A DNA stretch of 64,000 nucleotides. Origin: Raillietiella orientalis. Lineage: Eukaryota. This document shows positions 12,340-24,400 of this stretch, piece by piece. The stretch is from the NCBI GenBank assembly GCA_036172245.1, contig JAYWIR010000003.1:3286001-3350000 (forward strand). Reading direction: 5' to 3'. Made by a program: the position numbers and the translations under genes. The notes beneath the pieces are model-generated. The model was not told where the DNA came from and made no database searches. It saw nothing but the letters and a program-made list of their open reading frames with translations. How positions within the stretch are numbered: the first letter of the stretch is position 1; the number at the start of each line of letters is the position of its first letter.

Positions 12340-13005
12340 AGCGTGGATTCGGCGATGTTACTCCAGCATCGGGGCAGTTCATCTCAGAAATATTCATGCC
12401 CCCTCCCTCCCCGTCTTCCGGGGGATAGTGCGGTAGCATGGAAGCGAGTCCTTCACTGCCTGCGCAACGCCGCAGGAGGAGGCGTGAGGGCGCCCACAAC
12501 GGGTCCGAACTTGGATCCCCCAGACCGACGCGGTCTGCAACCCTCGCCTCCGCAAGGAGACTTCGGAATGGAAAGCGGCATAGCTTGGCTCTAAGGGCGA
12601 GGATCCAGAGCTGCACTTGCAGTTCCTCTTCGTCCAACTCCAAGGTAGCAGAAGGCTGCTGCCTGCATAGGATCGTAGCGGTCTGAAGCACGACGACAGT
12701 GGCGTCATCCATTTCGTGGACCTCTTCTTGAGGAGAGCGTCAAGGTGTCCCGAGGAACTTGCCGGCATCCTGGAAAGGATGTTGAGGACTCCCTCCTCCA
12801 GCAGGCCGTGATCCCTTCCCGAACCCTCCCAGTTTTTTTGTATGTATATTTTTTTATTTTTTATTTTATTTTTGTTTGCCCTTCCCCCTCTACCGAGGCG
12901 AACCTCACCGGGCTGCGTACCGGTCCTCGGCAAGTTCTCACTGTTGCATTTGCGGCATCTATATTTATTTTATGTCAATAAACACCTTACAGTGATTCCA
13001 GGTAT
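12340..13005 (+). mobile_element. LINE 3' fragment
   Basis: GAACTTGCCGGCATCCTGGAAAGGATG C-terminal motif, T-rich UTR, hairpins and AATAAA at ~12977. Confidence 0.8.
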
Positions 13006-13519
13006 AAAACTTGAAGGTGCGCCGAACGCCGCGCCACCGAGTCCTCGAGGCGTGCCCCGGACCTCGCTGGTTCCTTCAAGGCTTTTTGCACGGCGGGCGT
13101 TTCGCCCAGAGCTTCATCACCTGATGGCAGGGTGGAGGGGCGAAAAGCGAGGAAGGGGGAAAGGGGGGCACAAAGGCTTCGACGCCCGTTCCATCAAATG
13201 GAACTTGCCGTCGAGGGGCGGGCCGAGAGTGACTTCGGTCTTCTGAAAGCATCTGGACCACGGGTGCATCTACTCTCAAAGAGGAAGCGGACTGCACTTC
13301 CGTACCCTTGGCGGAAGAGCGTGAGCCCGCACAGCAATGCAGTCCAGAGGCTGCTGAATCGGTTTCTGACCCGGTCACGCCGGGGGGTTCACTTCAAATA
13401 GGTGAACAACTCGGGAAAAAAAAAGACGACCACGGGAGGGTTTACCACCGCACGGATTTTCCCTCAAAAACGCTAGGGACAACGACCTCCCAGCAAGGTG
13501 GGAAGTGTCCTGACGTATC

Positions 13520-14357
13520 TAAGTCAGGAAAAAACTTTCAAGGGCGTGGTCAACTAGGCAGAAAGCGGGTGCTGCGACCCCGATCGTTTTGCCAAAATGT
13601 ATTCCACGCTGGAGCGAGATGCTCGCGATACCTCTGGAGGAAGTGAAGTGGCCCCCAGGGTGTTGGGACAGTAGCACCCTCCCTCTGAAGTGGCAAGAGG
13701 TGGTGTCGCTAGTGTTGCATCGGGGAGTCCTATGCAAAGCGCTCCTCCATCACTGGACACGGGGTAGCGTGGATGCGTAGTGGGACGGTGCGGAGAGAAG
13801 ATCACATTTATTAATAGACTTCGTCGGCCTCCGAGTCCTTTGGGATCAACTTTCGTCGATCCTTAAAATCCCGGTAGGCGAGCCTAAGAACATTTTCCGG
13901 AGTCTCTTCATGCGTGACGCCCTGCTCCTGGCCGCGTCTCTAGTAGTGCTCTGCTGTGTACGCGGAATCGTGGCAAGCTGCAACTCCAGAAGAAGGGGCC
14001 ACAAACAGCAAGGGTGTCACCCATTGGACGGGAATCTTCTTGAAGACTGCTTCCCGATTGTCCCAACTGCAACCAAAGAATGCAGAACTTGCCAGCATCA
14101 TGGACAGGATGCAGAAGACGTCTCCAGGAAAGCAGTGATCCTTCTCCGCCTCCCTTTTTCCGAAAAACTCCTACACCCCATTTTTTTTTTGTGGTTTTCC
14201 CTTCCCCTTCCCCTCTAAAGCGGACCTCACCGGTCTGCGTACCGGTTTTTGGCAAGCCCATCGCGCGTGGTAGAACCAAGCGTTCTATCACGAATTTGTA
14301 ATGTTTACGAGTTTTATTATAATTTTTTTAACAAATTCCCCGGCAAATCCGGGTGAT
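13520..14357 (+). mobile_element. LINE 3' fragment with complete 3' end
   Basis: RWSEML..LPLKWQEVVSLVLHRGVLC, IFLKTASR..ELASIMDRMQK, all 3' hairpins, terminal CCCGGCAAATCCGGGTG. Confidence 0.88.
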
Positions 14358-14403
14358 GAACCACCCCACGGGTCGGCTGCTGAAGAAGTCCGGAGCGGGA
14401 GGA

Positions 14404-14423
14404 TTAGGTTAGGTTAGGTTGGG
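14404..14423 (+). repeat. Short (TTAGG)3-TTGGG run matching the arthropod telomeric motif
   Basis: ttaggttaggttaggttggg seen directly, between two convergent LINE 3' regions. Confidence 0.5.
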
Positions 14424-14424
14424 A

Positions 14425-16150
14425 AGTCCTAGGGAGGGGGACAATGAATCGATAAGAAAGAGAGGGAGGGAAGGGACAGGGTCCCCGGTGCAAGCAGCTC
14501 TTCTCTACAACCGGCGCTGAGTGGTACCGATCACCTTGGAGACCACCTCGCGGCCGTTCTCGTGTGGACGGCTGCCACGTGGGTGACCTCCCTTTTGCTG
14601 CGGACCCGAGATCCTGGCGCGCAGAGGGGACAGCAACGACGGCGTGGATGCAGCATCCTGACGTGATCACGGCGCTCGCCGAGAAGTTCGCCACTCGCGC
14701 AACACGCAGAGGATCCGCCTCAGCAGGCCGCGGGTAGCGGCGCTCCCGGCGCAGGAGCGCTGAGACGGCCGACTTGAGGCCATGGTTCCTGGAGAGCACA
14801 GCAGTCCGGAAGCAGATGCGGGAGGGGGGGAGGAAGGTGATTCCGGCTGACCTGCACGAAACAAGGCGCGGGTCGCCCCGTACTGCACCGGGATGCCTGG
14901 TTCAGGAAGAGCACCACACCACAGGGAATGCGGAAGCGTTCCAAAAGCATGTTGGAGGAGGGAGCACAGGTTCCCCGGAAAGCTGACTCCACCGAAGGAG
15001 TCCCGCCGCCATAACACTAGCGTCCGCCAACCCGCGCCGTCCTCCAGCCGCCGAGGGGTTTCGCCTTCATCGCGATGGTGCAGGGAAGTGCCCACCTCGC
15101 TGTCGCCAAGCTGTCGTAGCTTGCCCCCAGGGCAGGAGGCGCTGCGGCGAGAGGGGGGTGGCGGCCATGGTCCACCACTCTGCCGCGTCCGGCGTCATCG
15201 CTTCCACGGATGGGTAGGCAATTCTGGGCCGCCTCCTACCCCTCCGTATTCCCAGCAGATACCCACCAGCCTCTGGCTGGTCTCCCTCATGTGCCCTTGC
15301 CAGCCTCCTCCTCGTCGTCCTGCCGCACTGGCAGATCAGCGACGATGCCTCCGAGGTCGTCAGCAGCGCTGGCTTCCTGTTCTTCAGCCTGCTGTTCCTC
15401 CTGCCCACCGCTGTGCAGCCCACGATCCTCACTTGCAAGTTGCTCCGCCTTTCACCTTCGGGACCCACCTTTCCTTCATCTTTCCACCTTCCCCTTCTGG
15501 TTCCGTTCAAGAGGACGGTCTTCCGAAGGGGGCACCTGAACTACTGGTGCTCCCTGAAGGCTCACCACCTGGCGAAGCCGGTCGCCAATCTGCCCTTCCA
15601 AGTGGCCTTCCCCCGCGTTCTACCTGGTGGTTGTGTACTTCGTGACCCGACAGCCCCCTGGGTGCCGCCCGCTTCTCCATGGTCCCGTCCATGCGCGTGG
15701 TGACCCCGCTGGTCTTCCAGAGAGTCATCATGGTCATCGGGTCTGCGCTCTCCACTTTTCTCGGCCATATCGTCTCTCATCCTCCTGCTCCAGTTCTTCT
15801 GGGTTCTTCGGGACCTTCGACGAGATGATCCCTCCCCGTTCCATGAGGTGGTTCGCCTCATATCTCACACCCGGTACGTGCGGAGGCGCCACGCTGGCCA
15901 TCCACGGCCGCACCTCGACTGCCACAGCATCTTCTGCTCCTTCACCAACCTGGAAGACCTCCTCAACGAGCCAGGCATCGTCGACGCGACCTTCTACGCC
16001 GGCCTCCCAGCCCTCGTGGTCACATGGCTCGCCCTCGGGGTCCTTGGCGGCTTCGTGCTGCGGTGGTAGCTGCGACAGCAGAGCTGATAGGCCGCCGCCC
16101 GCCTCCCGGACGCCATTCAGGCCTGCGACAACGGTGACTACGAAGACGCA
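14425..16150 (-). mobile_element. Older LINE ORF2 fragment (related subfamily)
   Basis: 14960-15210 aligns by eye with 16750-17030. AYPSVEAMTPDAAEWWTMAATPL resembles PYLPLEDVMPCKWTSLAAMSL of the 5000-8550 copy. Confidence 0.55.
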
Positions 16151-16437
16151 AGAAATTAACAGGATAGGGGGGAAGCCGGATAGGGTGGAGAGTGATGCAG
16201 GGGGAGAAGTTCCTCCGAGCACATTCCCTGGAACGAGGCCCAGGAACTCGACAGTCCCCTGCCGCTAGGCGCTGGAGTTCCTCGGGTTCCAGGAGACCCA
16301 CTAGAGGGGAGAGCTGTCTCGAAAGAGGGAAGCTGAATCCCCAGCATCCCTGCGCCGGGCACTCGGCAGCAATGGGAGCAGCCCTGAGCAGACGCACAGA
16401 GTAGGGAAGTCCATGCGGAGCGCCTGCATTGCCACGA

Positions 16438-17120
16438 GTTTTTCACCCGGTCCCGCCTCGGCGTTTATTTTATGAAAAATAAACCACTCGGTAACACGCT
16501 GCTTCCCAACTGAAGACAGCAAGAAACAAAGGGGAGGGTCCACCGGCACGCAGGCCGGGACAGCAGTGAGTCCGGAACGTTTTCAACTAGCAATAATCGC
16601 GACTCAGTCACCTCCCTCGCCTACGATATTGCCCGTGCACAACAGAGAATCCGGAACGGGGGAGGCACAAGAGGAATCCCCAGCGGATGAAGAGCAGCAC
16701 GGCCTGCTTCCAGGCGAAGGGGAACAGCGAACCGTTCACATAATTGGGAGGGACCACAAGTTCTTCGGCGACCAACACTCAAGAGTTCGCCCTACCGAAG
16801 TAGTCCCGTCGCCACACCACGAGGAGTGGCAGCACCCACCAGCTCGCTCGTCTTCCAGCCGCCGAGGAGTCTGTTTTTTTCCCGCGATGGCGCAGCAAAA
16901 TCTCCCACCTTACCGTTTGGCTACTGTCGGCTCCTTCCCTGGAGGCAGACAGCGCTGCCGCGAGGGGTGTGGCGGTCATTGTCGAAGACTTCACCGCGTC
17001 CTGCATCACCACTTCCGGTGGCCGTGGTAACGGATGTCGCAGGGGGTCAAGAAGAAAGCATCCCGGATTCAGACATCTTCTTATGGAAGCAGCGACAGTA
17101 AACCAGACGACGGTTTTCAT
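16438..17120 (-). mobile_element. LINE 3' fragment (internally deleted)
   Basis: TPLAAALSASREGADS..RWEI is homologous to SLAAALSALRARDDS..GWEI. The 3' tail has the CTGCGT-loop hairpin, AATAAA and a terminal motif at 16444-16463. Confidence 0.7.
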
Positions 17121-18429
17121 AGGGACGGTGAATCTGACGAGGGTCTTTACTGTGACAATGATCTGGAAGAGGGACTGGAGTCCCTCGACGACGTACCCAT
17201 GTCTCCGCTTCGACTACTTCCTTAGGACTCGAACCCCGGACGCTTGGTGCCACGAACGGACGCCGTAAGCACTTGGCCTTCGACGCGGGCTTGGTCACGG
17301 GAAGCCTCTAGGGGGCGCGCGCGCATCTCGAGAAGGCTATGCGGAGGAAGGGACGGGGCCTGTCCCAGAGACCCCACCCACCCCTATCTTTTCGTTTATT
17401 TATTGGAAGTCCTCTCCCTTTCGTTCCGGACTCGCCTCCTGTCCGATTTGCGTCCTGTCTGGGAGGACCACCTTCCCACTGGCTTCTTCTGCTCGTTTCT
17501 CTTGACAACGCGGTCCCCGAGTTCCCGTGTGTTTGCCTTTCAAGGAGAAAGCGCCCATCTCGGCCGCGTGAAGACAAAGAAGTGCATCCAGGACGCCAGC
17601 AGCCAACGGATCCGAGGTCGCCGCCGCGAAATTGGCGGTTCAGAGACGCCCCGGGCATCTGGTCTGGCGTGACCCGAGTCCGATCTTGTGGTGTAGACTC
17701 GGAGATCGACCTTGACCGGCGACCTCGGGAGAATCTCGATGTTGAGATTGCGTTTCTCAACGGTCACTTTCGAGGGGGACCAACCGCCCTCCAGTTGCTG
17801 GAGTGAAACGGCGGAGGCTCAGTGGACAGCAGGCGCTCCTCTCGGACAGCACAAGGAGGCAGCGCACTTCGGGGAGTTTTTCCGAGTGACTTCGAGGGGT
17901 CACCTACCGGTTCGCAGGGGGAAAGAGAGTCTCCAGTAGAGTGATGCTCTCGGAACGGACGCTCATTTTCGCCTTTTTTCCCCTCTAGGGACGGGAACGG
18001 GTCTGCGTCGGAGGGAAGGGCAGGGGTCCGAGCTTCCCGACCCGAAGGGAGAACAGCGTTGCCGAAGAGTTGGGACGGCTGGCAGCTGGGTGTCCTTGAA
18101 AGGAGCCCTTCGAGCCCGTAGTGACGCAGGTCCGGTAAGGAGGCGCCTGCACGAGGAACGGGTCACGGATGAAGGTGCCTCAAGATCCGCTTCGAGGGAG
18201 CCGCCCGGGCAACAGGCGCTGGCGGGGTGGGTCAAGTCACCACGTGGCTCTCCTTCGAGTCGCCGTGGGCCGCGCCCTTGGGATGCAAGCGATCTCGGGG
18301 GTCGACAAGCGGGAGAGTCGCTCTCTCCGCACAGCTCGTCAAGATTGGGGGTGCCCCGGGAAGGGATCGCCCTACGAACCCAGGAAGGGTTCCGGAAGAA
18401 AGGAGTCCGTTCCTGTCACGCCTGGGGGG

Positions 18430-19250
18430 ATTTGCCACCCGGTCACACCGGGGTCTTTATTAGAATTCTCTATAAAAATCGTGGTACTAGGCCCCACTAC
18501 GGTCACCACAACGCTGGACCTGCTGGGTCGCCGGTACGCAGACCAACGCGACTCTCCTCGTCAGCGGAAGGGAATGGGGGAAAAAAACAGAAAGAAAAAT
18601 AAAACAGAAAAAAAGGAGATTTTGGAGGGTCGGGAAGGGATCATCACCCACTGGGAGGAGGGTCCATCCTTTTTAGGATGCCCTCGAGGTCCGTCCGAAT
18701 TCTTCCAAATTGGAGTTGGCGGGCTGCATACCATTCAGCCGTTCTCCTTGGCCAGTGTCGCCATGCGCCCGAGGAGAAGGCCACATCTTCTGGTCTTTCG
18801 GCCTGGGCACAAAAGATGAGACGCGAGTCCTTGCGTCCTGGATACACGCCTGGCGAGGAGGCGGGGAAAACGCACCAGGGAGTGCTCCAATACTTCGCTG
18901 CGATGGCCATGGTGCGCCATCGCAGCTAAATTTCCAAGCGCTCCAGCGTCAGGAGGTCGAGACCGCCGTCCCGATGCGGAGAGCAAAAGTCCTTCAGAGG
19001 GACTCGGGGCCTCCCGTTGCTCCACAGGGCGATACGTAGGAGGTCCTCCGTCTGTTTCTTCAAGAAAGAGAGGAGTCCTTCGTCCGTTTCTTTCGTTTCC
19101 TGGGGGAGGGGGAACTCCGGAGGAAAGAGGTCCTCTCTATTCTCTCCGGAAGGGTTCCCAGGAGGGGCTTGCTCCCGGTTTCTTCCTCCGAAGAAGGGCG
19201 CTCCCCGAAGGGAGTAGCGAATTTATTTCCACTCTGGAGAGGCAGCATCA
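18430..19250 (-). mobile_element. LINE fragment with 3' end
   Basis: KYWSTPWCVFPA resembles NHWTTPWCAPA of the 8551 copy. DLEGILKRM C-terminus. Terminal hairpin 18436-18454 after AATAAA. Confidence 0.75.
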
Positions 19251-19259
19251 ATCCACCAG

Positions 19260-20552
19260 CTCTATGGCACGAGACATAGGGTCCCCCCAGGAAGAGGAGG
19301 GGACGTCTCCATTTGCATAGCAGAAGGGGAGTTTCGGAAGGGAGCGGTCTCCTTGGTTCCTGGAATGACCCGGATGGTCGACTCCCAATCCCGGCCACTC
19401 ATCGGGAGCATCCGGGGTTTCTGAATTCCACCATTTTTTTTTTTCTTTGGTTCGTTCAGCACCTCGAGAGATGTCGCGCGCCTCGCGGCTCACGCAGCTC
19501 TTCAGCGCTGTTCCACGCCACTCGAGGGTGCGCTGAAAACTCCGTTAGGAGGAAAGGACTAGGCGAGTGGACGACGGACCAGCTCACCGACACTGCCACC
19601 CCGAGTGCTCGATCTCGGGGACTTTTGCGCTTGGGTGTGCTACTGGATATTACGGAGGAAGACCCGTAGTGGGCCTCGGCGCTCATGAACAACCGCACCC
19701 TCCCCTTGAAGTGGCAGGGGTCGGCGCTGCTGCTGCTGCTGCACTGGGGTCTCCCGTGCAACGTCCGCTGGCATCACTAGACACAGGGAAAGGGAGTGGC
19801 CCCGAATTGTGCCAGATGCGGGGAGCGAGAATCTCTCCCGCACCTGCTAGTGGACTGTGCTGTCCTCCGGTACCTTTGGGGACGCTTTGCCGCGATCCTT
19901 GGAACCCCCGGAGGCAGCCCCAGAGTCGTTTGGAAGCGCCTCTTCCTGCGCAACACCCTCACGACGGCCGCATCCCCAGCATCACTTCGCTGCCCACGCG
20001 GCGAGACCGTGGCAGCTGCATGGAGCAATGCCAGAGGAGGCCAGAACGACAGGGACGCCATCTATTTTGCTGTCCTCTTAACGAGGAAACCGTCAAGACG
20101 GCCCCATCTGGGAACCTTGAACAGGATGAATTGTCGGCATCCTTACAAGGATGCAGGACTGGAGGACGTCCTCCAGCACACAGTGATCCCTGCCCGAACC
20201 CCTCTTTCCTTTTTTTGATTGTACGTTTTTTTTTTTCTTTTTATTTGTCTCCCCTTCCCTTGTGTAGCCGAGGCGAACCCCACTGGCCTGCATGCCAGTT
20301 CCCGAGAGGTTCCTTTTAGTAGTCATAACTGCTAGAGAGATACCTCATAACTGGGGCGAGCTACTGGATGTTCCTCTGGAACATCTGAAGTGGACTCCGG
20401 TGACTCATGGACACCCACACCCTTCCCTTGAAGCGGACCTCGCCGGTCTGCTTACCTCTCTTCGGCAGGTTCATTGAGCGTGGTAGAACCAACAGTTCTA
20501 CCATAAAAATGTATTTTTATTAGTAAAATGTCCCGGAAGAACCGGATGAGAA
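19260..20552 (+). mobile_element. LINE 3' fragment followed by a second, internally deleted 3' fragment (20335-20552)
   Basis: LGEWTTDQLTDTATP, PNCARCGERESLPHLLVDC zinc finger, DAIYFAVLL. The 3' UTR motif occurs twice (~20270 and ~20430). Terminal hairpin 20531-20548. Confidence 0.9.
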
Positions 20553-20559
20553 TCATCCT

Positions 20560-21345
20560 AGTTTCATCCATCCCGGCAAGGTGGGAAGTGACTCGCTGCA
20601 TAGCAACAAAGAAGGAAGCATTGGGAGCGTGGGCAATTCGGGAAGTGATGGACGCTGCTACCCCGAGTGTCCCGTCAAAAGAACTTTCACGCTGGGGCGA
20701 GCTGTCCGCAATCTTCTTCCGCACGTCCGGAGCGGCCCCAGAGTGCTGGAACTCTCAAATGGTGGGAGTTGGCTTTGCTGGTGTTGCATGGGGGAATCCC
20801 GTGCAAAGCGTGCCGCTGGACACGGGGCAGTGTGGGTGCGGAGTGGGACAGGTGCGGCGAGAAGGAGACCTTCACCCACCTGTTGCGAGATTGTACTCTG
20901 TACCACCCTTTGGGATCGTCGACGGACGACCCTAGGAATTTCGATGGACAGCCCCAGGGACACTTTCATACGCCTCTTCGTGGGTGGTGCCGCGCTGCCG
21001 CCAGTCGCGTCCCTCGCAGTCCTCTGCTGTTTCCACGGGATCGTGGAGGCCTGGAACATGGGAAGAAGAGGCCGTAATGGCGCAGGGACGCTACCCACTG
21101 GGCATAGATCTTCCTGAGGACCGCCACGAGATGGATCCACCTGGGAGACATACGAAAGGAACTTGCGAGCATCCTGGACAGGATGCAGAGGATGCCTCGC
21201 AGAAAGCAGTGATCCCTTCCTCGACTGCTGCCCCCCTTCCCTTTACCGGCCTCTGTTTTTTGCTTTTATTTCTCCCTTCCCCTTGGCTGCCAGAGCGGAC
21301 CTCGGCGGTCTGCGCACCGGTACTTGACGGGCTTAGCGCATAGAA
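20560..21345 (+). mobile_element. LINE 3' fragment
   Basis: IPARWEVTRC..LGAW..DAATP..RWGEL, DRCGEKETFTHLLRDC, family C-terminus and UTR. Confidence 0.88.
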
Positions 21346-21479
21346 TTGATCATCGTCATGGCCTGCCACGTGTTGGAGGCGCGAGCGGCCCAAACAGAGG
21401 TCACCAGGACTGCAGCCTCTAACATGAGGATGGCTGCCAGTTGGCCTCACATGAGCGAAGAAGGCAGGAAGGAGATCTC

Positions 21480-21785
21480 CGGCATTCAGCGCTGGTTCTG
21501 AGAAGAAGGAACGGCCGAAGCCAAAGACCCCTGTCCCCTATCCCCCCATATCTTTTTGTATTTGTTTATTGTACCCTCCCTCCCGTTCCGGACTTTCAGT
21601 ATGCCCGACCTGCGTGTCGGGTAGCCTTCCCCCTGAACTTCTGTTCCCTCTGCCTGGGAGCTTTGTTCCCAGATGGTTTGTATTTTAAATAAACGTCCCG
21701 GCGCAACCGGGTAAGAAATCGCAGCATTGAATATTTTTAATTGCACTCCCATTATTAACAAATGCCCCTGCAAACCGGGTGGAAC
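21480..21785 (+). mobile_element. Two abutting LINE 3' tails
   Basis: CCCGAC-CTGCGT-GTCGGG hairpin, AATAAA 21688, terminal hairpins at 21697-21711 and ~21764-21780. Confidence 0.65.
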
Positions 21786-22926
21786 ACCCCCTCCCCCTCT
21801 CCCCGCACGGCTGCGGAAGGGGAGTGGGGGTAGGAAAAGAAAGTGCGCCGCGCGAGACCTGCGCCTCCTTGCGGGAGGAAGGCGCACTTCCGGCTCCCGG
21901 CTGAGGGAGTGTCCGCCCGCCGCCGGCCGAGCATCCCGGAACGATCGCTTGGAGAAGAGGGATAGCAGGAGGTCGAGGAGCCCCCAAATGACGAGGAGCC
22001 GCAGCCGGAGTGGGAATTTCCAAGGGGTGAAGCTGCTGCTCCCGGCCTGGAAGCTCTCGTAGAGCGTGGAGACTCCAGGAAGGGGTCGTCCGTCCCTCCC
22101 CTCCCTGTTTGAGCGTCCGGAGAGGCAGCGGAGGGACTTGAGGATCGGAGGGGAAACCCGGGTGACTGGGCATCTCCGCCTACCCTACCCTTTCCTCCCG
22201 CGAGCCTCTTGCCCTCGCTGCCTCCACCCCTCCCGCCGAGGCGCTTCCCCGGCACTCGTTCGCTCCGCCGCCATCCGCGCGACGGGCTGCGTGCGGCCTT
22301 CCAGGAAGCCTTCCCGAGGCGAGCGGCCCGCCCGCCGTCGCGAGAAGGGAGACCTGGCTCTCTCGCCCGCTCCCGGAGCTCCACGTGCGTGTGTGCATCC
22401 CAGGGAGACCTTCGGAACCTCGGCAGGCACGTCCGAGGAAAAGCGGAACGTGCGTGGTGGAGTCCGGGAACGCCACGCCGACGCAGGAATAGGAATCCAC
22501 GGCTTTGGAGCTCCGGCCAGGCAGGCACAGCGCAACGCCGAGGCGCAGGAGAGAGAGTAGGTCGAAGGTCCGATCGGAACTCCGGTTGAGCGGGTAGGTC
22601 CGTAGGTCGGCCGCAGCCTAAACGGCATTTCTCACCGAAGCAGTTCGCTTTATCCAGCAGATGGACAATTTGGCTTTTTCTTTCCCATTGAAGCCTGTGA
22701 AGGAGCCTGGGAATGAGGAAAGGGAGGGGTAGGCAGGGGGGGGGGATAATTTCTTGAGGAAAAAAGACAGATTCATCTCCGTCGGAAGGGGACGTGGCAA
22801 GTTGCCTTTGCCTGAAGGTACGAAAAAGGAAACCTTTCTTCTTCTTCGAGCACCACTTGTCTTCTCGAAACTTCACGCTGTATCGAATGTGGTCGGGAAG
22901 CCCTCCGCTGAGCCTTTTCAAATCGA

Positions 22927-23001
22927 CCAATGAGCGTCGGGATGGAGCCGACACGCCAAGGGCCAATCCGAACGGTTTCCCAGGAGTCGAGCGAGTATAA
23001 A
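22927..23001 (+). promoter_or_regulatory. CCAAT-CCAAT-TATA promoter-like arrangement with no identified gene
   Basis: GACCAATGA (CCAAT 22927), GGCCAATCC (22963), TATAAA (22996-23001). Confidence 0.35.
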
Positions 23002-23439
23002 TGCAGCCCTGGGAAGCGAGGAGCTGCCTGATTTGTTGCGTGGCGCGAGCGAGGCGTGCGGCCGCGTCGCTCCACGGAGGATGCGCGGCGGCCCAGAGGG
23101 TGGGGCGCGCACATGCGCAAAACGGGCACATGCATAGCTAAGGAGGTGTAGGTTTCCTCCCCCCCCCCCCCGGCCTGGCCCAGCAGGTTCGGCTCCGAGT
23201 TGGTCAGCTCCTTGAATTCCCCGGAGAAAACATCCCTGCATTTCACTCGTGAGATCGCTCGCACCGGCGCTGCGGACGATTTGCGCCTGTTGCTCCTCAG
23301 ATCTCCCGGCTTCGGGAGCAGGGGGCACCTGCCGGCATCCTGTCCAAGGATCCCGTAGGATAGGGAAGCTCGTGCTGGTCTTTCTCGAGAGCACATGTTT
23401 AGGGGAGAACTTTCTTCGCGCCTTGAGGGATCGACCTGG

Positions 23440-24400
23440 GAAACACCCGGATGCATCGGGGTGTTTATTTTGAAAATAAACATATACATGCGTAGGGCCA
23501 TCGGCCCTACGACGTCCGGAAGAGTTCAGAATTTGCCGAGTAATCGGCACGCAGGCCGCCGAGGTTCGCCTCGGCAGTGGAGGGGCACAAACAAAAAGAA
23601 AAACGAAAACACTATTTACAAAAAAAATGGGGAGGGTTAGGGAAGGGATCACCAGGAGCTAAAGGGCGTCCTCTGCATACTTTCCAGGATGCAGGCAATT
23701 TCCACCCGAGTGTGCCCTAGGTAGGATCATCTGGCTGCCGTCCTCAGGAAGCGTAGGGCGAAGCAGATGTACGTCCCTGTCCATCTCTGGCGTAGCTCCA
23801 GACCGCCACGATCCCGTGTAGGCAGCAGCAAAGAGCTGCTAGGGCTGCCGCGGGCGAGAGGGCATCCCGCACGAAGAGGTGCTTCGTCACGTCCCTGGGA
23901 TTGTCCGTCGGTGAACCAAGGGCCGTTGTGTAACGCAACCACAGGGACTGGAGGGCAACACAGTCTACAAGCAGGTGCAAGAAGAGCTGGGATTCCCGCA
24001 CCCCGTACCTGCAACAGTTGGGGTCCACAGCCCTGTGGGTTCAGTGAGACCGGCGGACGCTGCACGGGAAACCCCAGTGCAACAGCAGAAGTGCCGACTC
24101 GTGCCACTTCAGGGGAAGAGCCCTGTTCTTCTTCAGTGCTGAGGGCCATTGGGGAATCGACGGTGGGAAGGTTTCTCTGGGGAGCTCTATTGCTCCCTCC
24201 GAAATTCATGCTTTCTCCCTCGCCAAGGTGGCTGCTGGAAGAACAGCCAAACAATCAGATGGTGTTTTGGGAGAGTAGGACTTTGGATATGGATCCTGAG
24301 AGGGACACTCTTCGTGAGTGAATGCTCTGTCCTTTGGAATAGACTAGAGGGGAAGAAGGAGTACCTGTCCTTTTGGAAAAGATGAGGAAAGAAAAAGCTT
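23440..24400 (-). mobile_element. LINE 3' fragment with complete 3' end
   Basis: PNCCRYGVRESQLFLHLLVDCVALQSLW..HLFVRDAL..LCCCLHGIVAVW. Terminal hairpin 23444-23463. Confidence 0.88.

Noticed and set aside
14215..14260. HDV-like or hairpin ribozyme in the LINE 3' UTR
   Set aside because: GAC-CTCACCG-GTC loosely resembles HDV P3/L3, but I could not build the nested P1/P2/P4 pseudoknot and the pairing is not kept across copies.
21755..23131. 458-aa minus-strand ORF
   Set aside because: No recognisable motif, runs through homopolymers and a LINE tail, expected by chance at this GC content.
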